From the NCBI GenBank assembly GCA_964572155.1, contig CAZNDZ010000001.1, positions 1,146,786-1,210,785 of the forward strand: DNA of 64,000 bases, read 5' to 3'. The notes below the pieces were generated by a model that was not told the origin of the DNA, did not search any database, and saw nothing but the letters and a program-made list of their open reading frames with translations. Within the stretch, counting starts at the first letter, position 1, and each line of letters starts with the position of its first letter. This document shows positions 47,289 to 56,797 of this stretch, piece by piece. The stretch comes from an uncultured Planctomycetales bacterium. GTDB lineage: Bacteria; Omnitrophota; Gorgyraeia; Zapsychrales; Fredricksoniimonadaceae. The position numbers and the translations under genes are program-made.

Positions 47289-47872
47289 AAAGTCCAAAAA
47301 TCCATAATGCCAAGGGTATAACGTTAAGTGAGTTGTTGATTTCCGCTGTAATTGTGGGGATTGTGATGTTGGGCGTTGTATCTGCTGATTTTGCCATTCA
47401 GAAATTTTATCGCGACTCTTCATCTGGAGCGGTCTCAGGATTTAATGCGATTGCAATGCTTAATAATATTTCGAACACTGCCTATAGAGCGACAGGGAGT
47501 TTTACAAATTCTTCAGGTATATCAGATCCAGGGATTCTGGTTGATACCAGCATTGCAACAGCCAATGGCGCGAGTGGTGTTGGCGCTAAGACATTTTGTA
47601 TTCGAACGACGGACAATCCTCCATGGCAATGCTATTATAGGGATGATGATGGGTATTTATATTACTGTTCAAAGAATTCAGCGACTATATGCACATTATC
47701 AGATACCAAGGTAAGACTTGAACGATTAACGAGTATGTCCGCATCATTTGTAAGTAATACTAATGTTGGAAGTCAAAGTTGTATCTTTACTATTTCTCTC
47801 ACTGTTCCTGACACAGATTCCACTACTAAAACATATACCGCTAAAATATCACCTCCAAACCATCGGCTATGA
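47282..47872 (+). CDS. Pilin-like protein 5 (MVKSPKIHNAKG|ITLSELLISAVIVGIVMLGVV), a larger minor (pseudo)pilin
   Basis: Prepilin-type N-terminus with Glu+5. 196 aa. Confidence 0.65.
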   Translation: MVKSPKIHNAKGITLSELLISAVIVGIVMLGVVSADFAIQKFYRDSSSGAVSGFNAIAMLNNISNTAYRATGSFTNSSGISDPGILVDTSIATANGASGVGAKTFCIRTTDNPPWQCYYRDDDGYLYYCSKNSATICTLSDTKVRLERLTSMSASFVSNTNVGSQSCIFTISLTVPDTDSTTKTYTAKISPPNHRL

Positions 47873-49278
47873 CAAGTTTTTTTCTGGCATTGTTGATGTT
47901 CTTATCTTTTGTTCTAAATATTTACATGCTTAAAGATGGCCACAATTGGGGGGATGATTTTGCCCAGTACATCATCAATGGTTTTAATTTCATTCAATTA
48001 AAGCCATACATGAGTGGTGTCATGTTGGATCAATCATTAATTTCGTTCCCAGGTTTTAGCCTAATGTTAGCGCCATTCTTAAAAATATGGGGATTAAATT
48101 TTTTGATCCTTAAATGTTTGATGGTGGTGTTTTGGTATGTTGCTGTTTTGGCGATCTATAAAATTTTAAGAGATATGACAAACAAAGATTATGCGTTTTT
48201 GATCGCTGCATTATTATCGTTGTCTTCATTCTTTTTTATCTTTAAGCAGAATATATTGTCGGATGTGCCGTTTTTTTGTCTTGTCTGCATTGCGCTTTAT
48301 CTATTTGAGAAGCATAAATGTTGGAATCTGTTTTTAGTTATTGTATCTTTAGCATTTTGGACGAGACCAGTTGGGTGTTTGCTCTTTTTTGCAGGAGCTA
48401 TTGCCTTGATACAAAGAAAATCTTGGGGGCGGGCGTTTGCAGTACTTGCACTTTTTTTAATTAATTGCGTTGCAATATTGATGGTGATGGGGGTTTCGAA
48501 GGATTATGCCAGTTTAATCCATTTTAATCCTGCGTCGATATTTTATGATGTTAAACATGGGGCAGAAGTATTGTTTTGCGCTTTGTTCATGTTGATTTTA
48601 CCTGCACAAACAGATTTGTCCTTGATGATTGTGATCGGTTTTATCAAAATCATTAAAATCTTATCGGTCTTTATTTTGGCAGGCATTGTTCTCAACGTAT
48701 TATTAAATATATTGGCTAGGCGTTTAACATTTTTAGAATGTTTTGCTTGTTTGTATTTAGTTGTATTCATATATTTTGCATCGCATAGCCAAACGCCACC
48801 AGATGCATTCGCTCGGTTTATGTTGCCTTTACTACCTATTGTGTTCATTCAAATGTATTCTGTGTATAAGTTGAGCATATGGGGACGTCTAAGATTTAAC
48901 CTGTGTTTCATTTTGATTTGGATTTGTTTGATTGTGAATGTTTACAATATCTATTTTAATAGAAACTTTAATGATTCTGTTCTAACAAGAGGCAATGTTG
49001 AAATGATAGAGTGGGTGAAGAATAATGTTAGTATTGATGAGCATTTTATGTTCCGTCGACCAAGGTTTTTAGCTTTAATGACAGGAAGGGTTGGCGCTGC
49101 GCCTCTAGCTTCTTCTCAACAACGAGGCAATTTCGATGAAAGAATTGCGACATTAGGTATCAAATATATTATTCTATTTAAGGAAACAAGTGTGTATCTA
49201 TTGAATCAATTGAAGGATGATGCTCATTTTGAAGTTGTTTGGGAAAATTCAACGTTTAAGGTATTTAAGGTTATTTAA
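47869..49278 (+). CDS. Polytopic membrane glycosyltransferase, GT-C fold (ArnT/PMT-like), 469 aa
   Basis: At least 10 predicted TM helices. Acidic first-loop motif HNWGDDFAQY, as in the DE/DD motif of GT39/GT83 enzymes. Soluble C-terminal domain. Confidence 0.5.
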   Translation: MTSFFLALLMFLSFVLNIYMLKDGHNWGDDFAQYIINGFNFIQLKPYMSGVMLDQSLISFPGFSLMLAPFLKIWGLNFLILKCLMVVFWYVAVLAIYKILRDMTNKDYAFLIAALLSLSSFFFIFKQNILSDVPFFCLVCIALYLFEKHKCWNLFLVIVSLAFWTRPVGCLLFFAGAIALIQRKSWGRAFAVLALFLINCVAILMVMGVSKDYASLIHFNPASIFYDVKHGAEVLFCALFMLILPAQTDLSLMIVIGFIKIIKILSVFILAGIVLNVLLNILARRLTFLECFACLYLVVFIYFASHSQTPPDAFARFMLPLLPIVFIQMYSVYKLSIWGRLRFNLCFILIWICLIVNVYNIYFNRNFNDSVLTRGNVEMIEWVKNNVSIDEHFMFRRPRFLALMTGRVGAAPLASSQQRGNFDERIATLGIKYIILFKETSVYLLNQLKDDAHFEVVWENSTFKVFKVI

Positions 49279-50957
49279 TGCGCGTCAAATGCATCTTATT
49301 TATTTTGCTTTTAGTCACCATCACATATACAAATTCACTTTTCAATGATTTTGTTGGTGATGACAGCGTCCTTTTTGTCTCAAATACTTTTTATAAGTCT
49401 TGGGACAATCTGCATCGATTATTTGAGAGGGGTTATGCATTTGATAGTAGTAAGGTGGATATCAAGTCACAGACAGATTTTGGGAGTGGGAGCGTTGCTT
49501 ATAGACCGGTCGATAATCTAACATACTTTATTGATTATTGGTTATGGGGGATGAAGCCTTTCGGGTTTCATCTTACGAACCTATTGTTGCATTTGTGCAA
49601 CGTTGTACTTGTTTTTTTATTGCTACTACGGCTAGGGGTTTCAACATATGTTGGTTGTTTTGTCGCGCTTTTATTTGGATTACATCCCGTTTTATCTGAA
49701 GCTGTTTGTGCCATTGGATATCGCGCTGATTTATTAGCCGCATTCTTTGTGCTTTTGTCGTTTTATACGTGGATTATCTATACTCAACATCAACGAATGT
49801 TGATGTATTCTTTGTCTCTTTTATTCTTTTTCCTTGCAGTCTTTTCCAAAGAATCAGCCATTGTTTTGCCAGTTTTTATTCTTGCTTATGAAGGCATTGC
49901 GGGCCGTAGATCATGGGTTAGGCAAAGTTTTTTTTGGTTGATTATGATGTTTTATTTGTATGTTTATTTATTTGTTTTTCCGTCTCCGGAACTTCATGTA
50001 AAACGATTATTAGGGCAAGATATTCTTGAACATGTCCATGTGATGTTAAAGATTTTTGTAACGTATATTCAAATGCTTTTATGTCCGTGGCAAACACATC
50101 CCATACCATCGTTATATATCCCTACATTACATAAGAATTTGGCAGAAACTTTACAGATTATATTTCTGATGATCGGGCTAATGAGTATTGTTTTGTTTTT
50201 TAAGAAGCGTAATAAGATTATTTTTCTAATGTTTCTATGGTTTTTGGTTTTTTATATTCCTATTTCTAATCTTGTTTCTATCCCAAGTCCGATAGCTTTA
50301 AGATTTATGTATTTACCGTCTATTGGTTTTATTTGTGCTGTAGCAATATTGTTGCATCAGAGCATTGGCATGATCTCAAAGAGATTCCTAAATTTTTTTA
50401 TTATGTTTATTTTAATCATATGTATGTTTTCTACGATATTGTTGAACACCATTTGGAAATCTTTGCCTGATGTTATGTTAACGTGGTCAAAATATTACAC
50501 TGATTCCTGGAAGGCTGATTTAATGATGGGTCGTTTATATCATAAGAATAAAGACTACAAGAAAGCGCTTGAGTATTATTTTCAGTCTATCCTTAAGGAG
50601 GCAAGAGTGCAAGATGTGAGGATTGATTATTATACAGCTTTAAGCCTTCTTGAATTAGGGCAAAAAGATAGGGCCCAACGTCATTTGGAATTTGTAATAC
50701 ATGCTTGGCCAACTTTCTCAAGAGCTTCTTATGTTTTGGGGGGATTACACAGAGAAAGAAAAGATTTTGAGAAAGCTATAAAATACTATGTTATCGCCGC
50801 TTCGTATGACCCCAAAAGTGTTGGGTATTATGTGCCTTTGATAGATATGTACACTCAGCTGGGAGAGAAGGAAAATATTACGGAACTATTGAATATTGCG
50901 AAAGATTTTCTCACACCTGAAGAATTCCATTCATTAGAAAACAGAAGTTTGTTATAA
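49278..50957 (+). CDS. Polytopic GT-C-like glycosyltransferase with C-terminal TPR repeats (TMTC/PMT_2-TPR architecture), 559 aa
   Basis: First-loop FVGDDSVLF motif, many TM helices, C-terminal TPR units (YKKALEYYFQSI..., FEKAIKYYVIAASYDP). Paralogous to 52788-54260. Confidence 0.5.
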   Translation: MRVKCILFILLLVTITYTNSLFNDFVGDDSVLFVSNTFYKSWDNLHRLFERGYAFDSSKVDIKSQTDFGSGSVAYRPVDNLTYFIDYWLWGMKPFGFHLTNLLLHLCNVVLVFLLLLRLGVSTYVGCFVALLFGLHPVLSEAVCAIGYRADLLAAFFVLLSFYTWIIYTQHQRMLMYSLSLLFFFLAVFSKESAIVLPVFILAYEGIAGRRSWVRQSFFWLIMMFYLYVYLFVFPSPELHVKRLLGQDILEHVHVMLKIFVTYIQMLLCPWQTHPIPSLYIPTLHKNLAETLQIIFLMIGLMSIVLFFKKRNKIIFLMFLWFLVFYIPISNLVSIPSPIALRFMYLPSIGFICAVAILLHQSIGMISKRFLNFFIMFILIICMFSTILLNTIWKSLPDVMLTWSKYYTDSWKADLMMGRLYHKNKDYKKALEYYFQSILKEARVQDVRIDYYTALSLLELGQKDRAQRHLEFVIHAWPTFSRASYVLGGLHRERKDFEKAIKYYVIAASYDPKSVGYYVPLIDMYTQLGEKENITELLNIAKDFLTPEEFHSLENRSLL

Positions 50958-50999
50958 GCATTGAATCTTAGAAGTTAAATCAGTTCTTGGTCAGATTAT

Positions 51000-52787
51000 A
51001 TGTCATATAATAACGACATGATGCAGAAAAAAGATCCTTTTATAACTGTCTTATGGGGTATTTATTTTGTCTATGCGTTTTTATTGTTTTATCACCCCGT
51101 TGAAACAGAAGATGTTTGGTGGCATTTAGCTACGGGTAAATGGATTCTTACGTGTGGACAGATTCCTGCTTTTGATCCATTTCCTTATGGGTCAGAAAAA
51201 ACGCCATGGATATGTCTACATTGGTTAGGAAGTTCTTTCTTATACTTTATTTATAGTATTGGTGATTTATTTGCTTTAAAAGTATTTCGGTCTGTTTTTC
51301 TAGTCTTGGTTTTAATTATTCTTTATTGGAAAACTAAATCTAGGATGCCCATAGGATTGCTTTTTATATTAATGATATTTATAGCCTTTGCTTTAGATAG
51401 TCGTGGATTATTAAGACCAGATATTTTTAACCATTTATTTATTACAATATATTTGATCATTTTCTTTGAGTATTTTCATGATTTGAGATCTAAGCGTTTA
51501 GTGCTTATTCCTTTCCTTGGGTTGCTTTGGTTTAACATACATATGGGAGCTTATATTTATGGCCTTGGTATCATTTGTGCGTTTCTTTTTGTGGCCATTA
51601 TAGAAAGGTCAATTCAGAAAGTTAGAGCATTGATTTGGGTTCTTTTGTTTTCTCTTTTAGCCTTCTTAATTAATCCATATGGCTTAGATGGTCTGCTATA
51701 TCCAGTTAAAGTTTTCTTAATCCCAGAATTCTTTGATTTTTACGCTAAAACTAGCACAACAGGTGAATCTAGGTCTTCCATTGAGTTATTATTTAGTCTG
51801 GAGACCGCATATTATATCCCACTGGCCATCACAAGTATTTGGGCTATCTGGCACTCAAAAAATAAGCAGTTTGCTTTATCAATTTTGTTTTTATTGGGAC
51901 TTTTTGCGTTTATTTCCATGAAGAGGAATTGTGTGTTCTTTGCACTGATGAGTTTCTGTGTAATCTTTTATGGTTTGAGGGATTTTGATGTGTTTGAGCG
52001 GCTCTCTAAAAACAAATATTATAAGATTATTACTAAGGGTATTCTTTGTGCTGTGTTAATTTTTTTATGTTTATCAATATTTAATATTTTTCGCTTAGCT
52101 GGAATTTATGAACAAAAGAAAATTTCTTATTTAACTATTGATGCTAATTTATACCTTGAGAAAGCTATGCTTCAGTTGAAAAGAGCAAATGTATATGGTG
52201 GTGTTTATACGAATGATATAATTGGTAATAAAGTAATCTGGTCAGGTTATCCACATCTAAAGCCATTTTATGATGGGAGGCAATTAGATAATCAGAGATT
52301 TAGAGATTATGTGTCATTGAACTTAAATACGAAGGAGTCTTGGGAAAGAATACAGCAGAAATATGGTTTTAACATAGCAATAATTACTTCTGCAGACATG
52401 GTATTTGATTATTTAAAAACAAGAGAAGATTGGCAGTTAATTGCTTTGTCGGGATACATTTTAATTTATGTGAAGAAGGGAGTTTTTAACTTGCCACAAG
52501 AATTTGATCAATATGAAGAAAAGTTAAATAAAGAAGTGTTTTCTAATAATGAGAGAGATAAGTTGAAGGCCTTGCTTTCTGGTCCGAGGGAAGCAAGATG
52601 GTATGAAAAGTTTGTCATGCAAGATTTTGTGATGATAGACACATATTCAGAAGCGATTGTCTTGTTTAAGCTTTCTTTAAAAGACGCGGGATTAAAGCGT
52701 TTATTGGCAACATTGGAATTTAATAAAGATTATTTGACTGTTCAAAGAGTTAAAGAAGCATTGAAGAGAATGTCCATATTAATATAA
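51000..52787 (+). CDS. Polytopic membrane glycosyltransferase-like protein (GT-C fold), 595 aa
   Basis: Acidic first-loop ETEDVWWHLATGKW, at least 11 TM helices, large C-terminal soluble domain. Confidence 0.45.
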   Translation: MSYNNDMMQKKDPFITVLWGIYFVYAFLLFYHPVETEDVWWHLATGKWILTCGQIPAFDPFPYGSEKTPWICLHWLGSSFLYFIYSIGDLFALKVFRSVFLVLVLIILYWKTKSRMPIGLLFILMIFIAFALDSRGLLRPDIFNHLFITIYLIIFFEYFHDLRSKRLVLIPFLGLLWFNIHMGAYIYGLGIICAFLFVAIIERSIQKVRALIWVLLFSLLAFLINPYGLDGLLYPVKVFLIPEFFDFYAKTSTTGESRSSIELLFSLETAYYIPLAITSIWAIWHSKNKQFALSILFLLGLFAFISMKRNCVFFALMSFCVIFYGLRDFDVFERLSKNKYYKIITKGILCAVLIFLCLSIFNIFRLAGIYEQKKISYLTIDANLYLEKAMLQLKRANVYGGVYTNDIIGNKVIWSGYPHLKPFYDGRQLDNQRFRDYVSLNLNTKESWERIQQKYGFNIAIITSADMVFDYLKTREDWQLIALSGYILIYVKKGVFNLPQEFDQYEEKLNKEVFSNNERDKLKALLSGPREARWYEKFVMQDFVMIDTYSEAIVLFKLSLKDAGLKRLLATLEFNKDYLTVQRVKEALKRMSILI

Positions 52788-54260
52788 ATGCTGCTGAGTT
52801 TTCTTGATTCAGATCAATGGATACCCGTGAAATTTAACGATATTTTAAAATCCTATATTTTCGTAACTAGCCTAATCTTAGTAGTTTTCTTTGTCTATTA
52901 TCCTTGTTTGCAAGCTCAGTTTATTAATTTAGATGACCCCAATCATGTGATAAATAATCGCGGTGTTTATTTGCCTTTATTTGATTCTTTTGGTGTTATT
53001 TTTGGTCAGCTAGTTAATAAAGTTTATATTCCTTTAACAACCCTTTCTTTTAATTTAGAGCAACATTTCTTTGGGTTTAATCCATTTGTTTATCACTTTG
53101 ATAACATTTTATTACATATTCTAAATGCTATTTTGGTGTTGTTATTAGCAAAGCGTTTTGGGTTATCAACTTTAAGTAGTTTTCTTGTTGCACTATTATT
53201 TGCAATTAATCCAATGAAAGTTGAATCTGTGGCGTGGGTATCTGAACGTAAGGATTTATTGTATGCGTTCTTTTATATTTTGTCGTTAAATCTATATTTA
53301 TCATATTGTAAAAGTAGGTCATCATGGTTATTCATTGCTACATTATTGATGGGGATCTTAAGCATATTAGCTAAACCTATGGCAATAAGTTTACCGTTGA
53401 TATTATTGTTATTTGATTGGTATTTTGGTCGTTTAAATGAAAAAAATGTTTTACTTGAGAAGCTTCCGTTCTTTTTATATTGCATAATCATTGGTTGGAT
53501 TAGTTTTTATTTAAATAGTAGTCATTCAGTTCACAATATTTTTGAGTCGATTTTGATATGGATTTGGTGTTTTGATTTTTATTTATGGAAGTTTTTCTGG
53601 CCTTTTCAAGTTTATCCTTATTATCAACTGCCAGAACCTATTAGCATATTAAACTGGCCATATTTTCTATCATCATTTGGATTTCTATTGCTCTTATCTG
53701 CGTTGATTTATTGGCGAAATAACAAACATCTTATTTTTGGTTTTCTTTACTATTTATTCTCAATTTTTTTCTTAATTTCTTTTGAGAATTGGGGTTTTAG
53801 TGTGGTTTGTGATCGATACATGTATTTGCCTTGTTTGGGTTTTTGCTTGATGATAGGTGTGGCATTCTTTGAAAAAGTTCGGATTAAATCTTTATCCTTG
53901 ATTTTCATTGTTTTTTATTTATTTCTTTTAGGAATCAAAAGTTTTTATCAGTGTAGTATCTGGGAAAATTCGTCGACTTATTGGAATGAAATGTTGAAAC
54001 ATTATCCTGCAAGGTCTTATGTTCTACGCGGGGACGCCTACTTTGGGTACGGTCAAGATAGTAAAGCGTTAATGGATTATTCCAGTGCAATTCGATTCAA
54101 TCCTTTATATGCAGAAGCCTATTTTAAACGTGGATTTATTTATTTTAAGATAGGGGAGTATAAGAATGCTTTAAACGATTTTCAATATGCTGTTTCTTTG
54201 GGGTATAAAGACCCAGAGCTTTATATTGGTTTATCAAAAGTTAAAGAAATCTTGAAATGA
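52788..54260 (+). CDS. Polytopic GT-C-like glycosyltransferase with C-terminal TPR repeats, 490 aa
   Basis: First-loop NLDDPNHV, a conserved block (FNPFVYHFDNILLHILNAILVLLLAKRFGLS) shared with 49278-50957, C-terminal TPRs. Confidence 0.5.
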   Translation: MLLSFLDSDQWIPVKFNDILKSYIFVTSLILVVFFVYYPCLQAQFINLDDPNHVINNRGVYLPLFDSFGVIFGQLVNKVYIPLTTLSFNLEQHFFGFNPFVYHFDNILLHILNAILVLLLAKRFGLSTLSSFLVALLFAINPMKVESVAWVSERKDLLYAFFYILSLNLYLSYCKSRSSWLFIATLLMGILSILAKPMAISLPLILLLFDWYFGRLNEKNVLLEKLPFFLYCIIIGWISFYLNSSHSVHNIFESILIWIWCFDFYLWKFFWPFQVYPYYQLPEPISILNWPYFLSSFGFLLLLSALIYWRNNKHLIFGFLYYLFSIFFLISFENWGFSVVCDRYMYLPCLGFCLMIGVAFFEKVRIKSLSLIFIVFYLFLLGIKSFYQCSIWENSSTYWNEMLKHYPARSYVLRGDAYFGYGQDSKALMDYSSAIRFNPLYAEAYFKRGFIYFKIGEYKNALNDFQYAVSLGYKDPELYIGLSKVKEILK

Positions 54261-54324
54261 GCATCTTTATGGTTGAATGCTTGTTATATAAAAATTCTTT
54301 TGTTACGATATGTTTTTAATATTT

Positions 54325-54401
54325 GGGTCGGTAGCTCAGTTTGGTAGAGCGCGTCGTTCGCAATGACGAGGCCAAGGGTTCGATCCCCTTCCGATCCACC
54401 A
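54325..54401 (+). tRNA. tRNA-Ala, anticodon CGC, with encoded CCA
   Basis: Manual cloverleaf fold: acceptor GGGTCGG/CCGATCC with the G3:U70 Ala identity pair, D-arm GCTC/GAGC, anticodon stem CGTCG/TGACG, loop TTCGCAA, T-arm AAGGG-TTCGATC-CCCTT, discriminator A. Confidence 0.9.
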
Positions 54402-54478
54402 GCCTTCGTCAAAGGGCTTTCGCATTTGACTACGGCTGGCTGTGGGGGCAGCAACTTTTGATCTTCGATTAAAATAAT

Positions 54479-55213
54479 ATGCATAGATTCTATCTAGAAA
54501 ACGCCAATTTTGATAAGAGCACGATCCTTATTGCTGATAAGGATGAGTTGCATCATATGAAGCATGTTCTTCGCTTGAAGGTGGGGGATGCTGTTGCTAT
54601 TTTTAATGGGAAGGGTCAAGAAGCGCATGTTGTGATTGAGAAAATGGGGGATGTTGACATTGCGGCGAAGGTTGGGCAAGTCAAACAGTCGGATAATGCA
54701 TCGGGTGTTAGAATTATTTTAGCGTGCGCTGTCCCTAAGAAGGCAAAGTTTGAGTTTATCATTGAGAAATGTACGGAACTTGGCGTCCATGAAATAATAC
54801 CTTTACGAACAAAACGATCTGATGTAGTTTATGCGAAAGAGAAGTTGGGTCCCAAGCAAGAACGGTTCTTAAAAGTAGCGATCAATGCGGCAAAACAGTG
54901 TAAACGCACCGATATTCCCGTAATTGCCGCCATGACCGATTTAAAAGATGTTTTACTCAAACGAGATCGCAACACATTAGCCATTTTCCCTTGTTTGACC
55001 GATACGCAGCAACACATTCATGCGGTTTTAAAGTCACATCGTAACATAAAAAGTGTGTACATTTTTATCGGTCCGGAAGGTGACTTCACCCCCCAAGAAG
55101 TTCAAATGGCTGTGGAACAAGGTTGCATGCCTGTTTCACTAGGAAAAACAGTGCTCAAAGTCGACACAGCAGCCATAGCCACCGTGGCTTTTGTTCGGTT
55201 ATTAGCTGAATAA
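54479..55213 (+). CDS. rsmE: 16S rRNA (uracil1498-N3)-methyltransferase
   Basis: N-terminal PUA-like domain (HRFYLEN...HHMKHVLRLKVGD), C-terminal SPOUT motifs (IFIGPEGDFT). 244 aa. Confidence 0.75.
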   Translation: MHRFYLENANFDKSTILIADKDELHHMKHVLRLKVGDAVAIFNGKGQEAHVVIEKMGDVDIAAKVGQVKQSDNASGVRIILACAVPKKAKFEFIIEKCTELGVHEIIPLRTKRSDVVYAKEKLGPKQERFLKVAINAAKQCKRTDIPVIAAMTDLKDVLLKRDRNTLAIFPCLTDTQQHIHAVLKSHRNIKSVYIFIGPEGDFTPQEVQMAVEQGCMPVSLGKTVLKVDTAAIATVAFVRLLAE

Positions 55214-55231
55214 TACGAGCCTGTTAAGCGA

Positions 55232-55260
55232 TTGACAATAGATTCCCCCAAAGGTATAAT
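55232..55260 (+). promoter_or_regulatory. Perfect consensus sigma70 promoter for recA: TTGACA, 17 bp, TATAAT.
   Basis: Read directly. GGAGG SD at 55287-55291 and ATG at 55296. Confidence 0.6.
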
Positions 55261-55295
55261 CATCCACTCATATAATGTAAATAATTGGAGGCAAT

Positions 55296-56330
55296 ATGGC
55301 GCAAGAAAAGGCAGTTATCGAGAAGTCAAACCCAGAAAAAGAAAATCGCACAAAGGCGTTGGATCTTGCTTTATCCCAAATTGAAAAGCAATTTGGTAAA
55401 GGGTCCATCATGCGTTTAGATAGTAAGACGGTTGTTGAGATTCCTGTTATATCCACAGGATCCTTAAGTTTGGATTTGGCCTTAGGTGTTGGTGGTGTTC
55501 CAAAGGGGCGTGTCATTGAAATTTATGGTCCTGAATCTTCCGGTAAAACCACACTAACGTTGTCTATCATCAAGCAATTACAAATCAGTGGCGGTGTTGC
55601 TGCGTTTATCGACGCTGAACATGCCTTTGATTCTAAATATGCCCAAACCTTGGGTGTGAAGCTAGATGATTTATTGGTGTCTCAGCCAGATACCGGTGAA
55701 CAAGCTTTAGAAATCGCTGAAACCTTGGTGCGTTCTAATGCCGTTGATTTGATTGTCATTGACTCTGTGGCAGCGTTAACGCCGCGTGCTGAAATTGAAG
55801 GTGAAATGGGTGATTCACACATGGGTTTACAAGCCCGTTTGATGAGCCAAGCATTGCGTAAATTAACCGCCGCGATCAATAAGTCTAAGGCATGTGTGAT
55901 TTTCATCAACCAAGTGCGCATGAAGATCGGTGTTATGTTCGGCAACCCTGAAACAACGACGGGTGGACGCGCGTTGAAATTTTATGCATCGGTGCGCATT
56001 GATCTTCGTAAAGTTGAGTCAATCAAGTCTGGTGAAGATATCATTGCCAATCGGGTGAAGGCAAAAGTCGTTAAAAATAAAGTTGCGCCACCATTTAAAG
56101 AAGCGGAATTTGAAATTTACTTCGATGAAGGCATTTCAAAGGCGGCAGATATCTTAGACGTGGGTGTTGCACAAGAGGTTGTCGCTAAATCAGGTTCTTG
56201 GTTATCATTTGAAAATGAAAAGATTGGCCAAGGCCGCGAAGTTGCCCGTAAGTTTTTGAAGGAAAATCCTAAAGTGTTGGCAAAGATTGAAAAAGCCATC
56301 CTTGATAAGATGAAGGTTAAAAAGGTCTAA
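55296..56330 (+). CDS. recA: Recombinase A
   Basis: Walker [11 protein letters not shown]1/L2 loop regions, [13 protein letters not shown]. 344 aa. Confidence 0.97.
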   Translation: MAQEKAVIEKSNPEKENRTKALDLALSQIEKQFGKGSIMRLDSKTVVEIPVISTGSLSLDLALGVGGVPKGRVIEIYGPESSGKTTLTLSIIKQLQISGGVAAFIDAEHAFDSKYAQTLGVKLDDLLVSQPDTGEQALEIAETLVRSNAVDLIVIDSVAALTPRAEIEGEMGDSHMGLQARLMSQALRKLTAAINKSKACVIFINQVRMKIGVMFGNPETTTGGRALKFYASVRIDLRKVESIKSGEDIIANRVKAKVVKNKVAPPFKEAEFEIYFDEGISKAADILDVGVAQEVVAKSGSWLSFENEKIGQGREVARKFLKENPKVLAKIEKAILDKMKVKKV

Positions 56331-56335
56331 TTACA

Positions 56336-56797
56336 ATGGCTTCTGACGTTAAGTCAGCGGCGCTGCGTTATTTAAAGATTAGGCCACGCAGTGTTTTTGA
56401 GTTACAACAAAAGCTTAAACTTAAAGGTTTTGATTTAAAAGAAATTGATGAGGTGCTAAAACACCTTCTCAATGTGAAATTACTAAACGACCGGGTTTTC
56501 GCTGACGCATGGATACGTTATCGATTAGCCCGGCCGTTTGGTTTTGGAAGGATTATTCGGGAGTTGCAGGAAAAGGGTGTCCCGTCGGAAATTATTGATC
56601 AAGCTGTTAGTAAAGCCCGTGATCAATATGCAGAAAGTGATGTGGTTTTAGAATTAGCGTTACGCAAAGCGGCGCGTTTAAGAGGCATAGATAAAGAAAA
56701 ACGTAAGAAACGCATTGTTGACTTTTTAATACGACGAGGTTTTAAAGTCGACGAAGCATTAAAGGCTATTCGAAAATTAGGGAATCAAACATGTTAA
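56336..56797 (+). CDS. recX: RecA regulator RecX
   Basis: 153 aa three-repeat helical protein directly after recA. RecX-like pattern (LLNDRVFADAWIRYRL, FGRIIRELQEKGV). Confidence 0.75.
   Translation: MASDVKSAALRYLKIRPRSVFELQQKLKLKGFDLKEIDEVLKHLLNVKLLNDRVFADAWIRYRLARPFGFGRIIRELQEKGVPSEIIDQAVSKARDQYAESDVVLELALRKAARLRGIDKEKRKKRIVDFLIRRGFKVDEALKAIRKLGNQTC

Noticed and set aside
54300-54309. Promoter for the tRNA (TTGTTA-17-TACGAT)
   Set aside because: The -10 is a poor match and alternative alignments are equally weak. It is too uncertain to annotate.
47869-54401. AT-rich glycosyltransferase block ending at a tRNA gene, possibly a horizontally acquired island integrated at tRNA-Ala
   Set aside because: No integrase, transposase or duplicated tRNA 3' end (att repeat) was visible. 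The low GC is at least partly explained by the Phe/Ile/Leu/Tyr-rich membrane proteins encoded there. This remains untested.
54284-54484. 66-aa ORF on the minus strand
   Set aside because: It completely overlaps the tRNA-Ala gene and its flanks. It is a spurious ORF.
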